This document shows, one piece after another, positions 1 through 12,200 of a stretch of 64,000 nt of DNA (position 1 is the first letter of the stretch; the number at the start of each line of letters is the position of its first letter). A program made the position numbers and the translations under genes. The notes beneath the pieces were generated by a model. It did not search any database. It was not told the origin of the DNA and saw only the letters and a list, made by a program, of their open reading frames with translations. This DNA is from Pristiophorus japonicus (taxonomy: Eukaryota). Where the stretch lies: positions 101,308,001 through 101,372,000 of the forward strand of contig NC_091981.1 of NCBI RefSeq assembly GCF_044704955.1, in the 5' to 3' direction.

Positions 1-726
1 GGAGAGAGCAACGAGACCTGGGTGTCATGGTTCATCAGTCATTGAAAGTTGGCATGCAGATACAGCAGGCGGTGAAGGCGGCAAATGGTATGTTGGCCTT
101 CATAGCTAGGGGATTTGAGTATCGGAGCAGGGAGGTCTTACTGCAATTGTACAGGGCCTTAGTGAGGCCTCACCTGGAATAGTGTGTTCAGTTTTGGTGT
201 CTTAATCTGAGGAAGGACGTTCTTGCTATTGAGGGAGAGCAGCAAGGTTCACCAGACTGATTTCCGGGATGGCTGGACTGACATATGAGGAGAGATTGGA
301 TCAACTGGGCCTTTATACTAGAGTTTAGAAGGATGAGAGGGGATCTCATCGAAACTTATAAGATTCTGACGGGACTGGACAGGTTAGATGCAGGAAGAAT
401 ATTCCCGATGATGGGGAAGTCCAGAACCAGGGGACACAGTCTTAGGATAAGGGGTAGGCCATTTAGGACTGAGATGAGGAGATACTTCTTCACTCAGAGT
501 TGTTAACCTGTGGAATTCCCTACCGCAGAAAATTGTTGATGCCAGTTCATCGGATATATTCAAGAGGGAGTTAGATATGGCCCTTATGGCTAAAGGGATC
601 AAGGGGCATGGAGAGAAAGCAGGAAAGGGGTACTGAGGGAATGATCAGCCATGATCTTTTGAATGGTGGTGCAGGCTCAAAGGACCGAATGACCTACTCC
701 TGCACCTATTTTCTATGTTTCTATGT
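1..726 (+). mobile_element. CR1 LINE 3' portion
   Basis: RT C-terminus (LEFRRMRGDLIETYKIL...RTRGHSLRIRG), ending in a (TTCTATGT)n tail. Confidence 0.93.
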
Positions 727-1847
727 AAGATTGGGAAGCTTTTAAAAGCCAACAAAGAATGACTAAAAAAATGATTAAGAAAGGGAAGATAGACTTGAAA
801 GAAAACTATCACAAAATATAAAAACAGATAGCAAGAGTTTCTACAGGTATTTAAAAAAAAAGAGTGGCTAAAGTAAATGTTGATCCCTTAGAGGACGAGA
901 CTGGAGAATTAGTGACGGGGAACATGGAGATGGCAAAACAAATATTTTGTATCAATTTTTATCCCAACAGTGGATAGTCAACGGGTTATAGCGGGGGAGG
1001 ACATTCTTGTTATTGAGGGAGTGCAGCGAAGATTCACCAGACTGATTCCCGGGATGGCGGGACTGACCTATCAAGAAAGACTGGATCAACTGGGCTTGTA
1101 TTCACTGGAGTTCAGAAGAATGAGAGGGGACCTCATAGAAACGTTTAAAATTCTGACGGGTTTAGACAGGTTAGATGCAGGAAGAATGTTCCCAATGTTG
1201 GGGAAGTCCAGAACCAGGGGTCACAGTCTGAGGATAAGGGGTAAGCCATTTAGGACCGAGATGAGGAGAAACTTCTTCACCCAGAGAGTGATGAACCTGT
1301 GGAATTCTCTACCACAGAAAGTAGTTGAGGCCAATTCACTAAATATATTCAAAAGGGAGTTAGATGAAGTCCTTACTACTCGGGGGATCAAGGGTTATAG
1401 CGAGAAAGCAGGAAGGGGGTACTGAAGTTTCATGTTCAGCCATGAACTCATTGAATGGCGGTGCAGGCTAGAAGGGCTGAATGGCCTGCTCCTGCACCTA
1501 TTTTCTATGTTTCTATGTTTCTATGAGGAACTTAACACAATCACAATCATGAAGGAGGTGGTCCTCAGTAAGATAATGGGACTAAAGGCAGATAAATCCC
1601 CTGGACCTGATGGCTTGCATCCTAGGGTCTTAAGAGAAGTAACAGCAGGGATAGTGGATGCATTGATTGTAATTTACCAAAATTCCCTGGATTCTGGAGG
1701 GGTCCCAGCAGATTGGAAAACTGCAAATGTAACTCCCCTATTTAAAAAAAAGAGGCAGACAAAACGCAGGAAACTATCGACCAGTTAGCGTAACATCTGT
1801 GGTTGGGAAAGTGTTTGAGTCCATTACTAAAGAAGCAGTAGCAGGAT
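727..1847 (+). mobile_element. Older CR1 ORF2 fragment hosting a younger CR1 insertion
   Basis: LKADKSPGPDGLHPRVLREV...VPADWKTANVTPLFKK; interrupted at about 996-1525. Confidence 0.85.
996..1525 (+). mobile_element. Young 5'-truncated CR1
   Basis: Open C-terminal ORF nearly identical to the 25320-25934 ORF; (TTCTATGT)n tail. Confidence 0.93.
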
Positions 1848-1848
1848 A

Positions 1849-3500
1849 TGGTGTGTGTAGGCACCTTTAGTAATGACTCCACGAGGCAGGGTATGATACT
1901 TAAACTGTGTAGACCTGTAGTCCTTCAGTTGCAGCTCCTGAGTGATGACAACAAGCTGCGAGTTCCCTTTTATACTGGGTTACCTGCCATGTGGAGGCAA
2001 CCCTTAGGTCTCCAGCAGCACCATCCTCTGGTGTACCGGGAGGGTGTGTACAGCATAAGGGTACATTCAATGTTACATAACGGGGGTGTTACAGACATCA
2101 CAGTAAACAGGCATGCATAACACAACAATACTCCCCCGAGCATTTTTCATAGCCTAGTTGTCATGACCAGGGGAGTTGATCAGTGGTGGGCTATTGGAGG
2201 TTTTGGTGAGGGTTGTGTGGTTTGCCAGGTGTGACCCCTGTGCTTGAGGCTGGCCTCGTACGTTTCCCCTCCCTCACACACAAACCAAGTGGGTGTCACT
2301 GTTGTGGGATCCCTCGGGGAGGTAGCCATGGCACATGTGTATACACTGTGATGTGGGTAGTTGTGAGGTGGTGGGCAGGGCCACAAGACTGGATGGACTC
2401 CTTGTCCACCAATTGGGATGAGGGTCAGGTCATCCCAGGGTTTGCCAGGGAAGCTGGAGGGTATTAGCCTCATGCTCCTGGTGTTGGCCCTGGTGACCAG
2501 GGGCTGTAGGGCTGGTCTGGTGCAAGTTGCCATTGGTGATGGCTGGGCTGCCCATTGACCACTGTCCCTGCAGTGGGTCTGCTCCCACTGCCTGTGTGTG
2601 TGTCCTGCAAGGGGCATCACATTCCAAAGGTCCAGGCTACATGGTCAGATAGTCTGCTGGACCTGGGGGTCTCCCACAGGGGGATTCCATTGGCATCAAT
2701 GTCCTACTGGTATACATGACACCTTGGCTCTGATCACACATAGTCGAGCCTGCATTATACATCCTAGCATTTGCATCATTTTTGGGTGTCCTGGTTTCAA
2801 CAGACATGGTTACATTAAGCATTTCACAATCTCTATCTTTACCGTTAAGCATAATAAACTTTATCTTAACCTTACTGACACCTGCATTCATATCATTAGT
2901 CACATTAGTTAAACCAGCATCACAATTCATTATTACATTGCATATATTTTCATACTTGCACCCTTTAATCGCATCTCTAGCTTTAAAGTCCGTGTACTCA
3001 AATAGTTGAAACTTCCCCTTTAAATTTCTTTAGTTACCGGTCTCCTTTAAGGGAGCCTTCAAATTCGATTGGCCGCTCGATGTCATGTGATGCTCCTCCA
3101 TGCTCACTGATGGCATGATGGTGGCCATTTTGATTACAAGTGTTTCTCCTTGTGCTGCTGGTGCTGCAGCCATTTCCTGGCTTTCCTGCAGGAGGGCTGT
3201 GGTGGCCTTTTCTTCCACAGGGCCACTTCGCCTGATGTGGACCCGGTTCATCCAATTCCTACCCAGCAGCGTGGGACCGTCGCCGGCTACAAACCACAGG
3301 GGGAGTTTGTTCAACACGCCGCCCTGGGAGACCGGGACGTCTACACTGCCAATGATTTAGATTTTACCTTTGGTATAGGTGAACAGCTTTGCCTGGACAG
3401 GAGACAGTTTTGGTCGAGTGACAGGATTCCCAGAACTCCATGTTCAAATCCATCCAATCAGGTTTCCGCCCCTGCCAGAGTACTAAAACGGCTCTTATCG
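1849..3500 (-). mobile_element. Gypsy/Ty3 LTR retrotransposon relic (3' LTR about 1849-2127, PPT, protease remnant)
   Basis: Minus strand shows polypurine gggggag just before TGTTG..., TATAAAA inside the LTR, and LPLWFVAGDGPTLLGRNWM (retropepsin C-terminal motif). Confidence 0.7.
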
Positions 3501-3554
3501 AAGTAACAAATAACATGCTATATGACTGTGACAGTGATAAACTGTCTTTGTCCT

Positions 3555-3790
3555 TTTTCAACCTTTGACATGGTTGACCACACCATCCTCCTCCAGCGCC
3601 TTTCCTCCATTATCCAGCTGTGTGGGACTGCACTCGCCTGCTTCCATTCTTAGCATTCCAGTCATAGTCAGAGAATCACCTGCAATGGCTTCTCTTCCCA
3701 CTCCCGCACCATTACCTCTGGAGTCCCCCAAGGATCTATCCTTTCCCCCCACCCCCATTTATCATCTACATGCTGCCCTTTCGCGACATC
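3555..3790 (+). mobile_element. LINE-2 RT fragment
   Basis: FDMVDHTILLQRL...SGVPQGSIL. Confidence 0.75.
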
Positions 3791-4106
3791 ATCTGAGAGC
3801 TTGAGCACAGAGCTTAGCAACAGAGCTGGATGAACGCAAGCACAGTAGAAGAGTTTGGTGAGAGCAGGAAGGCAGTTGAGAGGAGGAAGGCAGTTGAAAC
3901 GTCCAACTGAAGAGGAGTGGAGCCACAGTAACCAAGGATTCGAAGTTAATAGGCCCGACAGCGGACCTGCAGGAGAGCGAAAGAAGCAGCCGGACATAAA
4001 GGTAGGCCCGAGAGCCCAGAGCATAGAGGGAGCGAGGTTAAAAAAAAATCTAAAGTGATGCTGATCTGTGTGTTGCGAGATTGCGCTCAAGACAGGAAAA
4101 TGATGT

Positions 4107-4688
4107 ATAAGAACATAAGAAATAGGAGCATGAGTCGGCCATTTGGCCCCTCGAGCCTGGTGTGACATTTAATATCATGGCTGATCTGATCATGGACTCA
4201 GCTCCACTTCCCTGCCCGCTCCCGATAACCCCTTATTCCCTTATCTCGCCAACATCTATCTCCACCTTATATATATTCAATGCCTCAGCCTCCACAGCTC
4301 TCTGGGGCAGAGAATTCCATAGATTTACAAACCTCCGAGAGAAAAAATTCCTCTTCATCTCAGTTTTAAATGGGCAGCCCCTTATTCTGAGACTGTGTCC
4401 CCTAGTTTTAGTTTCTCCTATGAGTGAAAATATCTCCTCTGCATCCATCTTGTCGAGCCCCCTCATTATCTTATGTTTCAATAAGATCACCTCTTATTTT
4501 TCTGAACTCCAATGAGTATAGGCCTAACCTACTCAACCTATCTTCATAAGTCAACCCCCTCATCTCCGGAATCAACCTAGTGAACCTTCTCTGGACAGCC
4601 TCCAATGCAAGTATATCCTTCCTTAAATACGGAGACCAAAACTGTACACAGTAAACTAGGTGTGGCCTCACCAATACCCTGTACAGTT
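4107..4688 (-). mobile_element. CR1 3' end
   Basis: VRPHLVYCVQFWSPYLRKD...; (TTCTTATG)n tail. Confidence 0.9.
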
Positions 4689-4689
4689 C

Positions 4690-5400
4690 CTGTCAAGCCA
4701 AGAACACGCCACTGACAGAGATTCAGCAAGACAGTCCTGAGCCTCTGGAAATTGCTGGAAGTTATCGTGTTGGAATACGAGATCAATGAATTGACGAGGG
4801 TATCAGCGAGTACATTGTAGCTTTAAAAAAGCTATCCATTCACTGTCTATTTGCAAACTTGCAGGACCGAGCGTTGTGTGACCGCTTTGTTTGTGGGATG
4901 AAAAATGAAGCAATCAGAAAAAAGTTGACGACAAGCCCTAACTTGGCTTTTGAATGAGCTCGTCGACGGATATGGCCGACCAATACTCCCAAGAATTTCA
5001 CACCATTTCCAGTCATCAGACACTAAGGTGAATCGCCTGCAGGTTAGAAGTAAAAGGCAATTGGGCCCCAAGGCCTCAGCAACCGGCCAACATAACAGTG
5101 CATTGAAGTCATCCTATTGGTGTCTGGGACAAGACATTGCTCAAAGCTGTCCATATGTTAAGGCAGAGTGTTTCTACTGCAAGAAAACTGGGCATCTTGC
5201 GAAGGCATGCCAACTGAAGAATAAACCAACTTTCAATGCTATAAGTAGAAATTGCCAGACACTACACAGCATTGAAGAGAAGCAACAGGACAAAGAGGTT
5301 TTGGAGATACATGTCATCGGGAGCACGAAGGTATCTAACAACGATTCACGATGTATCGTCATCCAAATAGACATTGCAGGAATCAGGATACCCATGGATA
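4690..5400 (+). mobile_element. Gypsy gag to protease-start relic
   Basis: EGISEYIVALKKLSIHC...LCDRFVCGMKNEAIRKKL, zinc knuckle CFYCKKTGHLAKAC, then IDIAGIRIPMDT. Confidence 0.8.
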
Positions 5401-5743
5401 CGTATCAAGTTTTCACATCAATCCACAGCCTTGTCCCTCCCCATCTCTAACCTCCTCCAGCCCTATAAGCCTTTGAGATATCTGCGCTCCTCCAACATTG
5501 GCCTCATGCACCCTCTACTTTAATCATTCCACCATTGGCGACCATGCTTTCAGCTGTCTAGGCCCTAAACTCTGGAATTCTATCCTTAAACCTCTTCTCC
5601 TTTAAGATGCTCCTTAAAACCTACCTCTTTGATCATCTGTCCTAATACCTTATATGGCCCTGTGTCAAATTTTGTTTGATAAGGTTCCTGTGAAGCACCT
5701 TGGGACGTTTTACTATGTTAAAGGCGCTTTATAAATGCAAATT
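5401..5743 (+). mobile_element. LINE-2 3' end
   Basis: Tail ctgtgaagcaccttgggacgttttactatgttaaaggcgctttataaatgc; similar tails at about 35350-35400, 36800-36855 and (minus strand) 36510-36605, 56365-56430. Confidence 0.8.
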
Positions 5744-5904
5744 GAGTATTTTTAAGACCTCCATTTCAAGACCCTACTGTATGATTTGTCTGTCTCTGCA
5801 CCAGAGTAAATATCTTTCACTTTGCGCTTGTAAATACTGGACATGTTAGCTGTGGAATGGTGGACGTAGATGCACTGCAGTAAACCAAAGTGATATGACA
5901 CAAA

Positions 5905-8480
5905 GGCTAGAAATTCCTTATAGCCAAGAAATGAGCAGTGTTTATACTAAATAAGCTTAGGCTGCGCCACCTGAAGATAGTCTTAGTACCACATAAAATT
6001 CGTGCTCACTCCTCATTAACATATTAGTTTTAAAACTCATGCTCATTAGCATTACACTGAACAGCTGGACCATATCAGGGACGTGGCAGCGCTGCTGAGG
6101 TGTCCGCCCAGTTAGCGCCCAAGGAAGGAAGATTGCCACTTAAAGGGAAGGGCCCACACTGTCAACTCTGCACAAGAAAAAGGGACTTATCCGAACCACC
6201 ATGAAGCGAGGGTGCCACGCAATCAGCCCGACACTGAAGCAGAGTGCCGGGCTGATCGATCTCGGCTAGGACGCCATGAAGAAACCAGATCAGCAGTGGG
6301 AAAACAAGGCCTCAGGATCTACATCGGAGTATTGCATTCAAGGTGCGGAGGGAAATCATGGCGGAGGTGAGGCGAGTGTTTTTGTGGCGGAGGAGCGGCG
6401 AGAAATCGTGGTGGAGGTGCGCTGATTGAGGGTACGGGGCCCAGCCCGCACTGCGATATGTGCATGCACTAGGTCTGTGCAGGAGAGCAGGTTTCCAGTC
6501 GTCCTGGTTAACCCTTGCCGCTGGATAAAGGCCTAACTCGGTCAAGCCCGTGTGGTGGCTGATGTGCAATGGTCACATGTTAAAAAAATCAACGCACAGA
6601 CATCTTCCTCCCCCTCAATTGGAGTTCCAGACTGGAACGGGCCCTTCATTGAAACATCTGTGAACTCATGTGGAAGCAAGTCATCCTCATTCAAGGGACC
6701 GCCTATGATGATCAGGGGCAGTCTAAAGGATAGATTCATTGATGCTGTCGTACCTCATTGTCAGGCTTGTTGGGTCTGAGCTGCCGCAAGAGCAAAACAA
6801 CCAACATTAAGAGATCAATTGCAGGCATGGTTGACTGGAGATGGAGGGGGAGAGCCTGTAGGTTCTCAGATGAAGCTCTTGAGACATTGGTGTTTGCAGT
6901 AGAGAGGAGATGGGCGGTCCTGTGCCATCAAACTGGCAGGAGACCATTGACACAAATATTCCAGACTATGTGAAGGGAGATGCAGACCATGTCATGGGCA
7001 GCACTGTGGTCCTCGAGAAGTTTTACAGCCTCACATGGGTGGTCAGGGTGAGCAAAGGCTTCAGCAAATGCCATATACCACCATTTGAACCACAAGCTTC
7101 ACACACTGCTCAATGCACCACACCAACAGCACTCACCCACCAACAATCTCTACCTATCAACACTCTTACCTTGCTCACAATGACAGCTATTCAACTATGG
7201 CAGGCACAGTACCCAAACACATTCCACTGAACTCACTCAACACTTCTCTTTCTCTTGCAGGCCAAACTGGCACAGAATTTCTGGGAGCACGAGCAGACAG
7301 GCAAAGGCCAGGCAGACATTGAAGAGCTGAGCCAGAGTGCTGGATATAATCGGGTGCCATGTCATCAACGCCATGGGCGATGTTGATGGGGACAACAATG
7401 GTATGTTCATTCTTAATCCTTCTCTCACCTTACTTCCCCCTCAGTCCACAATCTTTTCACTTTCAAGCTACTCAGGTTATATGCATGCATTTCTCTCTCC
7501 ACACCCCATCCCTCACCATAACCCGACTCATGTCTGCTTTTAGATAATCAGCAAGCACTCAGGATGACAGCACTCCTACTCCCACCACTCTGTCATTGCC
7601 CTTATTGCTGCGTATCAGCCAGCCAGCCCAGACTGCTGTCACACATACCGAGGTGGTGCAGTCTACACAGTGCCTTCTACATCCGCAGCTGGTCAAGGTT
7701 GTCCTTCATGCCCATCTGAAGTCACCCGCATTGAAACTCAGCAGCCTTCCATGAATGCATGGCGCCATCCTGGAGGAGTGGCAGTGGGTCAGGAAATTGC
7801 TGTCCTCTCAAGAGGTCAGCATTCCTCGCAATCTGTAGGGAGCATAGATTGGTGGCCTGCTGCGACACCCTGAAAGCCCCAGTTAACTGTGGTAATCCCA
7901 GCCACGATGGCAGCAGTCAGAGTTTGGGTGGCTTCAAGCTGAGATTCTTCTGAGGGCCTCCCAATCGCGGTCCTCATCTGAGGCCTGTGCAGAACTCACG
8001 CATAAACATGCACTCTGGGAGCTAGCCCCGAGCTATCCTTTCCCCCTGACTGTGCTTCTCCCCATGTAGATCCTGCTACTACATTAGCCTCTAAAGTACA
8101 TACTCTGCCTGTATCTGAGCTAATGTCTGCAAGTGAGATGCAATGATGTGATGTCATCTTCCTCCTCTCCGTCACTCTCTGCAATACCTTTAAATATCGT
8201 AGCAGGAGCTGTCTTACTGCTGCTGCACACCAGGTCTACCTGGCATTGCTTTCACCACCCAGTAACTACAATGGCCAAAACCAAATTAGATTGGCCGTTA
8301 AGTGAGTGCTGCACACTCACTGACGTCATGATTTCAGCAATTTAAATGTCTCCGGCGATCAAGTTTACCGGCATCGATACTGGTAACTCAAATGGCACCC
8401 ACGACTGGAACCAGCTGCCGTTTTAGCACCATCTTATGCGTGCAGCATCCCACGTTAGCACCACCTTATGGTGCTCAACC
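5905..8480 (+). mobile_element. PIF/Harbinger-like DNA transposon relic with Myb/SANT-like ORF remnant
   Basis: RGRACRFSDEALETLVFAVERRWAVL at about 6845-6930 resembles the Harbinger Myb-like accessory protein. Boundaries are uncertain. Confidence 0.5.
6340..6712 (+). mobile_element. Non-autonomous retroelement with an RTE-type 3' tail
   Basis: Ends tggaagcaagtcatcctc...gcctatgatgat, a tail shared with the RTE fragment at 14150-14348. Confidence 0.65.
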
Positions 8481-8871
8481 TGAGTAATGGTGTCAAGGTA
8501 ATGCAACCTTTTCCCCTAAATTGTCACCATAGAGCAATGCCAATCAGGTATAAATAGTGGTTATCTTGCCCACACAGCTCCCTCTCTTTATCCCACCAAC
8601 TCACAGAAACAGCACAGCATTAAAAAAAAACAGCTGTAATGAAATGTATGGATCATGCAGCTCCTGTTCCAACAGTGAATTTCCCCCTCCTTCAACCAGG
8701 AGGTATACAACTGTAGATTCCACAGGTAATTGAAGCAACAAGCTTGCCCTGGCTCTCACCTTAACCCTGTTATCAAGACACTCAAAGCTATGAGCTGCAC
8801 CATTGCCATCCTTTCTCATCATACCCAATAATAGCCACCTCAACCTATCCACGCGTTTGAGCCCTAATAAA

Positions 8872-8959
8872 AAACAAAAATTGCTGGAAATACTCAACAA
8901 GTCAGGCAGCATCTGTGGAGAAACAAGAGTTAATGTTTCAGGTCAATGACCTTTCGTCA
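8872..8959 (-). repeat. Penelope-associated short repeat with a degenerate hammerhead motif
   Basis: Minus strand: TGACGA a aggtc att gacct GAAAC; inverted relative of 11287-11412. Confidence 0.7.
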
Positions 8960-9521
8960 TCCCTAATGTTGCCTCAGGCCCTGCCTATCACCTTACCAGT
9001 TGTGGAGACAGAGGTGAAATAACAGAATGTCTCGGTGACATTCCTTTCATTTATAATTTTAGTAAAAAGTATCATCTTTTTTATAAGCCCTTTTAAGAGG
9101 GCAGTAAAATGCCAACAGTAGGAGGGGTAATCGAAAGCTTGATCAAAAGGGTTTTAATGGTCTGAAAGGAGGAGATGGAAGTGGAGAGGTTTTGGCAGGA
9201 AACTCCAGATCTTAGGATCTAAGTAACAAAGCACTACTGCAAACGATGGGATGAAGCAAAGGGGGAATGCAGATTTTGGGGAATGTGGGGCTAGGAAGTT
9301 AGAGATAGGAATGGGGGTGGCCACGAAAGAGTTTGAACACAAGTTTAAGAATTTTAAATAAGGCATTGGGGAACCAGTGAAAACTGGTTGACAGATGAAC
9401 AAAACTTGATGCAGGACAAAATATGGGTAGAGTTTTCGATGAGCCTAAGTTTAGGAAAGTGGAAAGCCAACTAGAATTGGAATAATAATGGTTAGAGGTG
9501 ACAAAGGAATAGATGTAACTA

Positions 9522-10862
9522 TAAGACCAGTTTGTCCAACATCTGTGGTTGGGAAAATGTTGAGAGTCCATTATTAAAGAAGCAGTAGGACATTTGGAAA
9601 AGCAAAATTCAGTCAGGCAGAGTCAGCATGGATGTATGAAGAAGTCATGTTTGATAAATTTGCTGGAATTCTTTGAGGATGTAACAAACAGGGTGGATAA
9701 AGGGGAACCAGTGGATGTGGTGTATTTGACAAGGTGCCACACAAAAGGTTACTATACAAGATAAAAGTTCACGTGGTTGGGGGTGATATATTAGCATGGA
9801 TAGAGGATTCGCTAACTAACAGAAAACAGAGAGCCAGGATACATGGTTCATTCTCATGTTGGCAATCAGTAACTAGTGGGGTACTGAACGGATCACACTG
9901 CTGGGTCCCCAACTATTTACAATCTATATTAACTACTTTGAAGGAGGAACAGAGTGTAACATAGCCAAGTTTGCTGACGATACAAAGATGGGAGGGAAAG
10001 CAATATGTGAGGACAAAAAATCTGCAAAAGGAGACAAGCTAAGTGAGTGAGCAAAAATGTGGCTGATGGAGCATAATTTTGTAAAGTGTGAGGTCATGCA
10101 CTTTGGCAGAAAAAAATCAAGAGCAAGTTATTATTTAAATGGAGAAAGATTGCAAAGTGCTGCAGTACAGCGAGACCTGGGAGGACTTGTGCATGAAACA
10201 CAAATGCATAGTATACAGGTACAGCAAGTGATCACAAAGGCCAGTGCAATTTTGGCCTTTATTGCAAAGGGGATGGGAGTATAAAAGCAGGGAAGTCTTG
10301 CTAGTTATAAAGGGTATTGGTGAGGCCACACCTGGAATACTGCATAGTTTTGGTTTCCATATTTACGAAAAGATATACTTGCTTTGGAGGCAGTTCAGAG
10401 GTGGTTCACTAGGTTGATTCCGGAGATGAAGGGGTTCAATTTTGAGGAAAGGTTGAGTAGGTTGGGCCTCTACTCATTGGAATTCATAAGAATGAGAGGT
10501 GATCTAATCGAAACAGAAGATTATGAGGGGGCTTGACAAGGTGGATGCAGAGAGGATGTTTCCACTGATGGGGGAGACTAGAGCTAGAGGGCATAATCTT
10601 AGAATAAGGGGTCGCCCATTTAAAACTGAGATAAGGAGAAATTTCTTCTGAGGGTTGTGAATCTGTGGAATCGGCTGACTCAGAGCTGGAACATTGAATA
10701 AATTTAAGACAGAGAGTTTCTTAAACGATAATGGAATAAGGGATTACGGGGAGCGGGCAGGGAAGTGGACCCGAGTCCATGATCGGATCAGCCATGATCG
10801 TATTAAATGGCGGAGCAGGCTGGAGAGGCCGCTCGGCCTACTCCTGCTCCTATTTCTTATGA
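9522..10862 (+). mobile_element. CR1 RT region and 3' end
   Basis: KVPHKRLL..., KFADDTK, KCEVMHFG; tail cctatttcttatg. Confidence 0.9.
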
Positions 10863-11286
10863 GGGTTTTGTTGGGACGGCTTTCTTCTTTTTCGTCTCAT
10901 TACTTTAAACACCAGATTACACTCATACACAGTTGTAGTAATGCAGAATCAGGTCTTTATTAAAACCTCATCCACAACCCGTATGAGCTGCTGCCGAGAC
11001 ATCACACTTCATGACTCCAGTGAGAGCTGAACAGTTGTTCCCTCATTTCTTAATACCAAATTTCACCTTTGATCAATACATTACATGCATACCAGCAATA
11101 AATCATAGTACAAATATGCACACGCCAACAGAACATAAACTAAACAGCACTAACCGATCTATTTTGCCATGATACTCTTCCCATTCCCCTAAACAGATAA
11201 GCAAGCTGATATATTCCAGATTGTATATAGCTGAATGACTAACACATTTTACTATTTTAGTCTCCTGTAAAGATAGCCTTGCTTTT

Positions 11287-11412
11287 AGTTCTGACAAAAG
11301 GTCATTGACCTGAAACGTTAAGTTTCTCTCACCATAGATGCTGCCTGACCTGCTGAGTATTTCCAGCATTGTGTTTTTTTCTCAAATTTCCAGCATCTAC
11401 AGTAATTTGCTT
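11287..11412 (+). repeat. Penelope-associated short repeat with a hammerhead ribozyme motif
   Basis: CTGACAA a aggtc att gacct GAAAC GTTA at 11291-11320. Confidence 0.75.
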
Positions 11413-11679
11413 TTAGGCCTGGTTAAAATTACTTACAATGCATGCTCAGCAGAAAGCAGTTTTAACTTTTTAACTCATCGTATGCTGGTCTCAGATTGTG
11501 CATTAGGAACATTTGAGGTACTTGGGTAATACGGACTTCCACTCCCACAGGTTTCAGCATCAAATTAGAGGCAGACAATCAAGTTCTGGAAGCGGAAGGA
11601 GGCATCTAGGCAATGGAGAGTTCATGGATGTGGAAGCTCAGCTCGGGGTCAGATAGAATGCTGAGGTTGAGTTTGGTCT

Positions 11680-12200
11680 GGTTCAGCCCAAAACAATGGC
11701 TAAGGAGGGACATGGAATCACAGCCAGGGTAGAATTTGCAGCCAGTACCTAAAACAATGGCTCAGTCTTTCCAATGTTTAATTGGAGGAAATTGTGGCTC
11801 GTAATGTGGCTCATTTACGACTAAATGTTGGAGAGCTGTCTGACAATAGAGCCAGTGGAGGGGTAGAGCGAGGTGTTGGTCAGTAGACATGAGAAGATGA
11901 ACTCAAGGATAGATCTTTGAGGGACTCGAGGCAAGTGTGCAGGGGAGGAAAGAAAGCTATTGCTGGAGGCGCTCTGGATACAATCAAAGACAAGAGTCGA
12001 ACCAAGTGAGAGCAGTCCCACTGAGCTGGAGAAAAGGAAAGGCATTGAAGGTGGTGATGTGATTGACCGTAACAGAATAAGCGAGAAATAATGCACCATT
12101 AAGGATGGCATTTTTGACTTTGGTTAGGGCCATTTTGTTGCAGAAAACCTGATTGGATAGATTCTAGCATGGAGTTGCAGTAAAGATGGCATGGATTCTG
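11680..12200 (-). mobile_element. Degraded LINE-2 RT relic
   Basis: Minus-strand remnant VPQRSIL. Similar purine-rich relics at about 9130-9520, 48440-48930 and 50640-51620. Confidence 0.5.

Noticed and set aside
10915-11110. Possible solo LTR relic
   Set aside because: No clear TG..CA ends or TSD.
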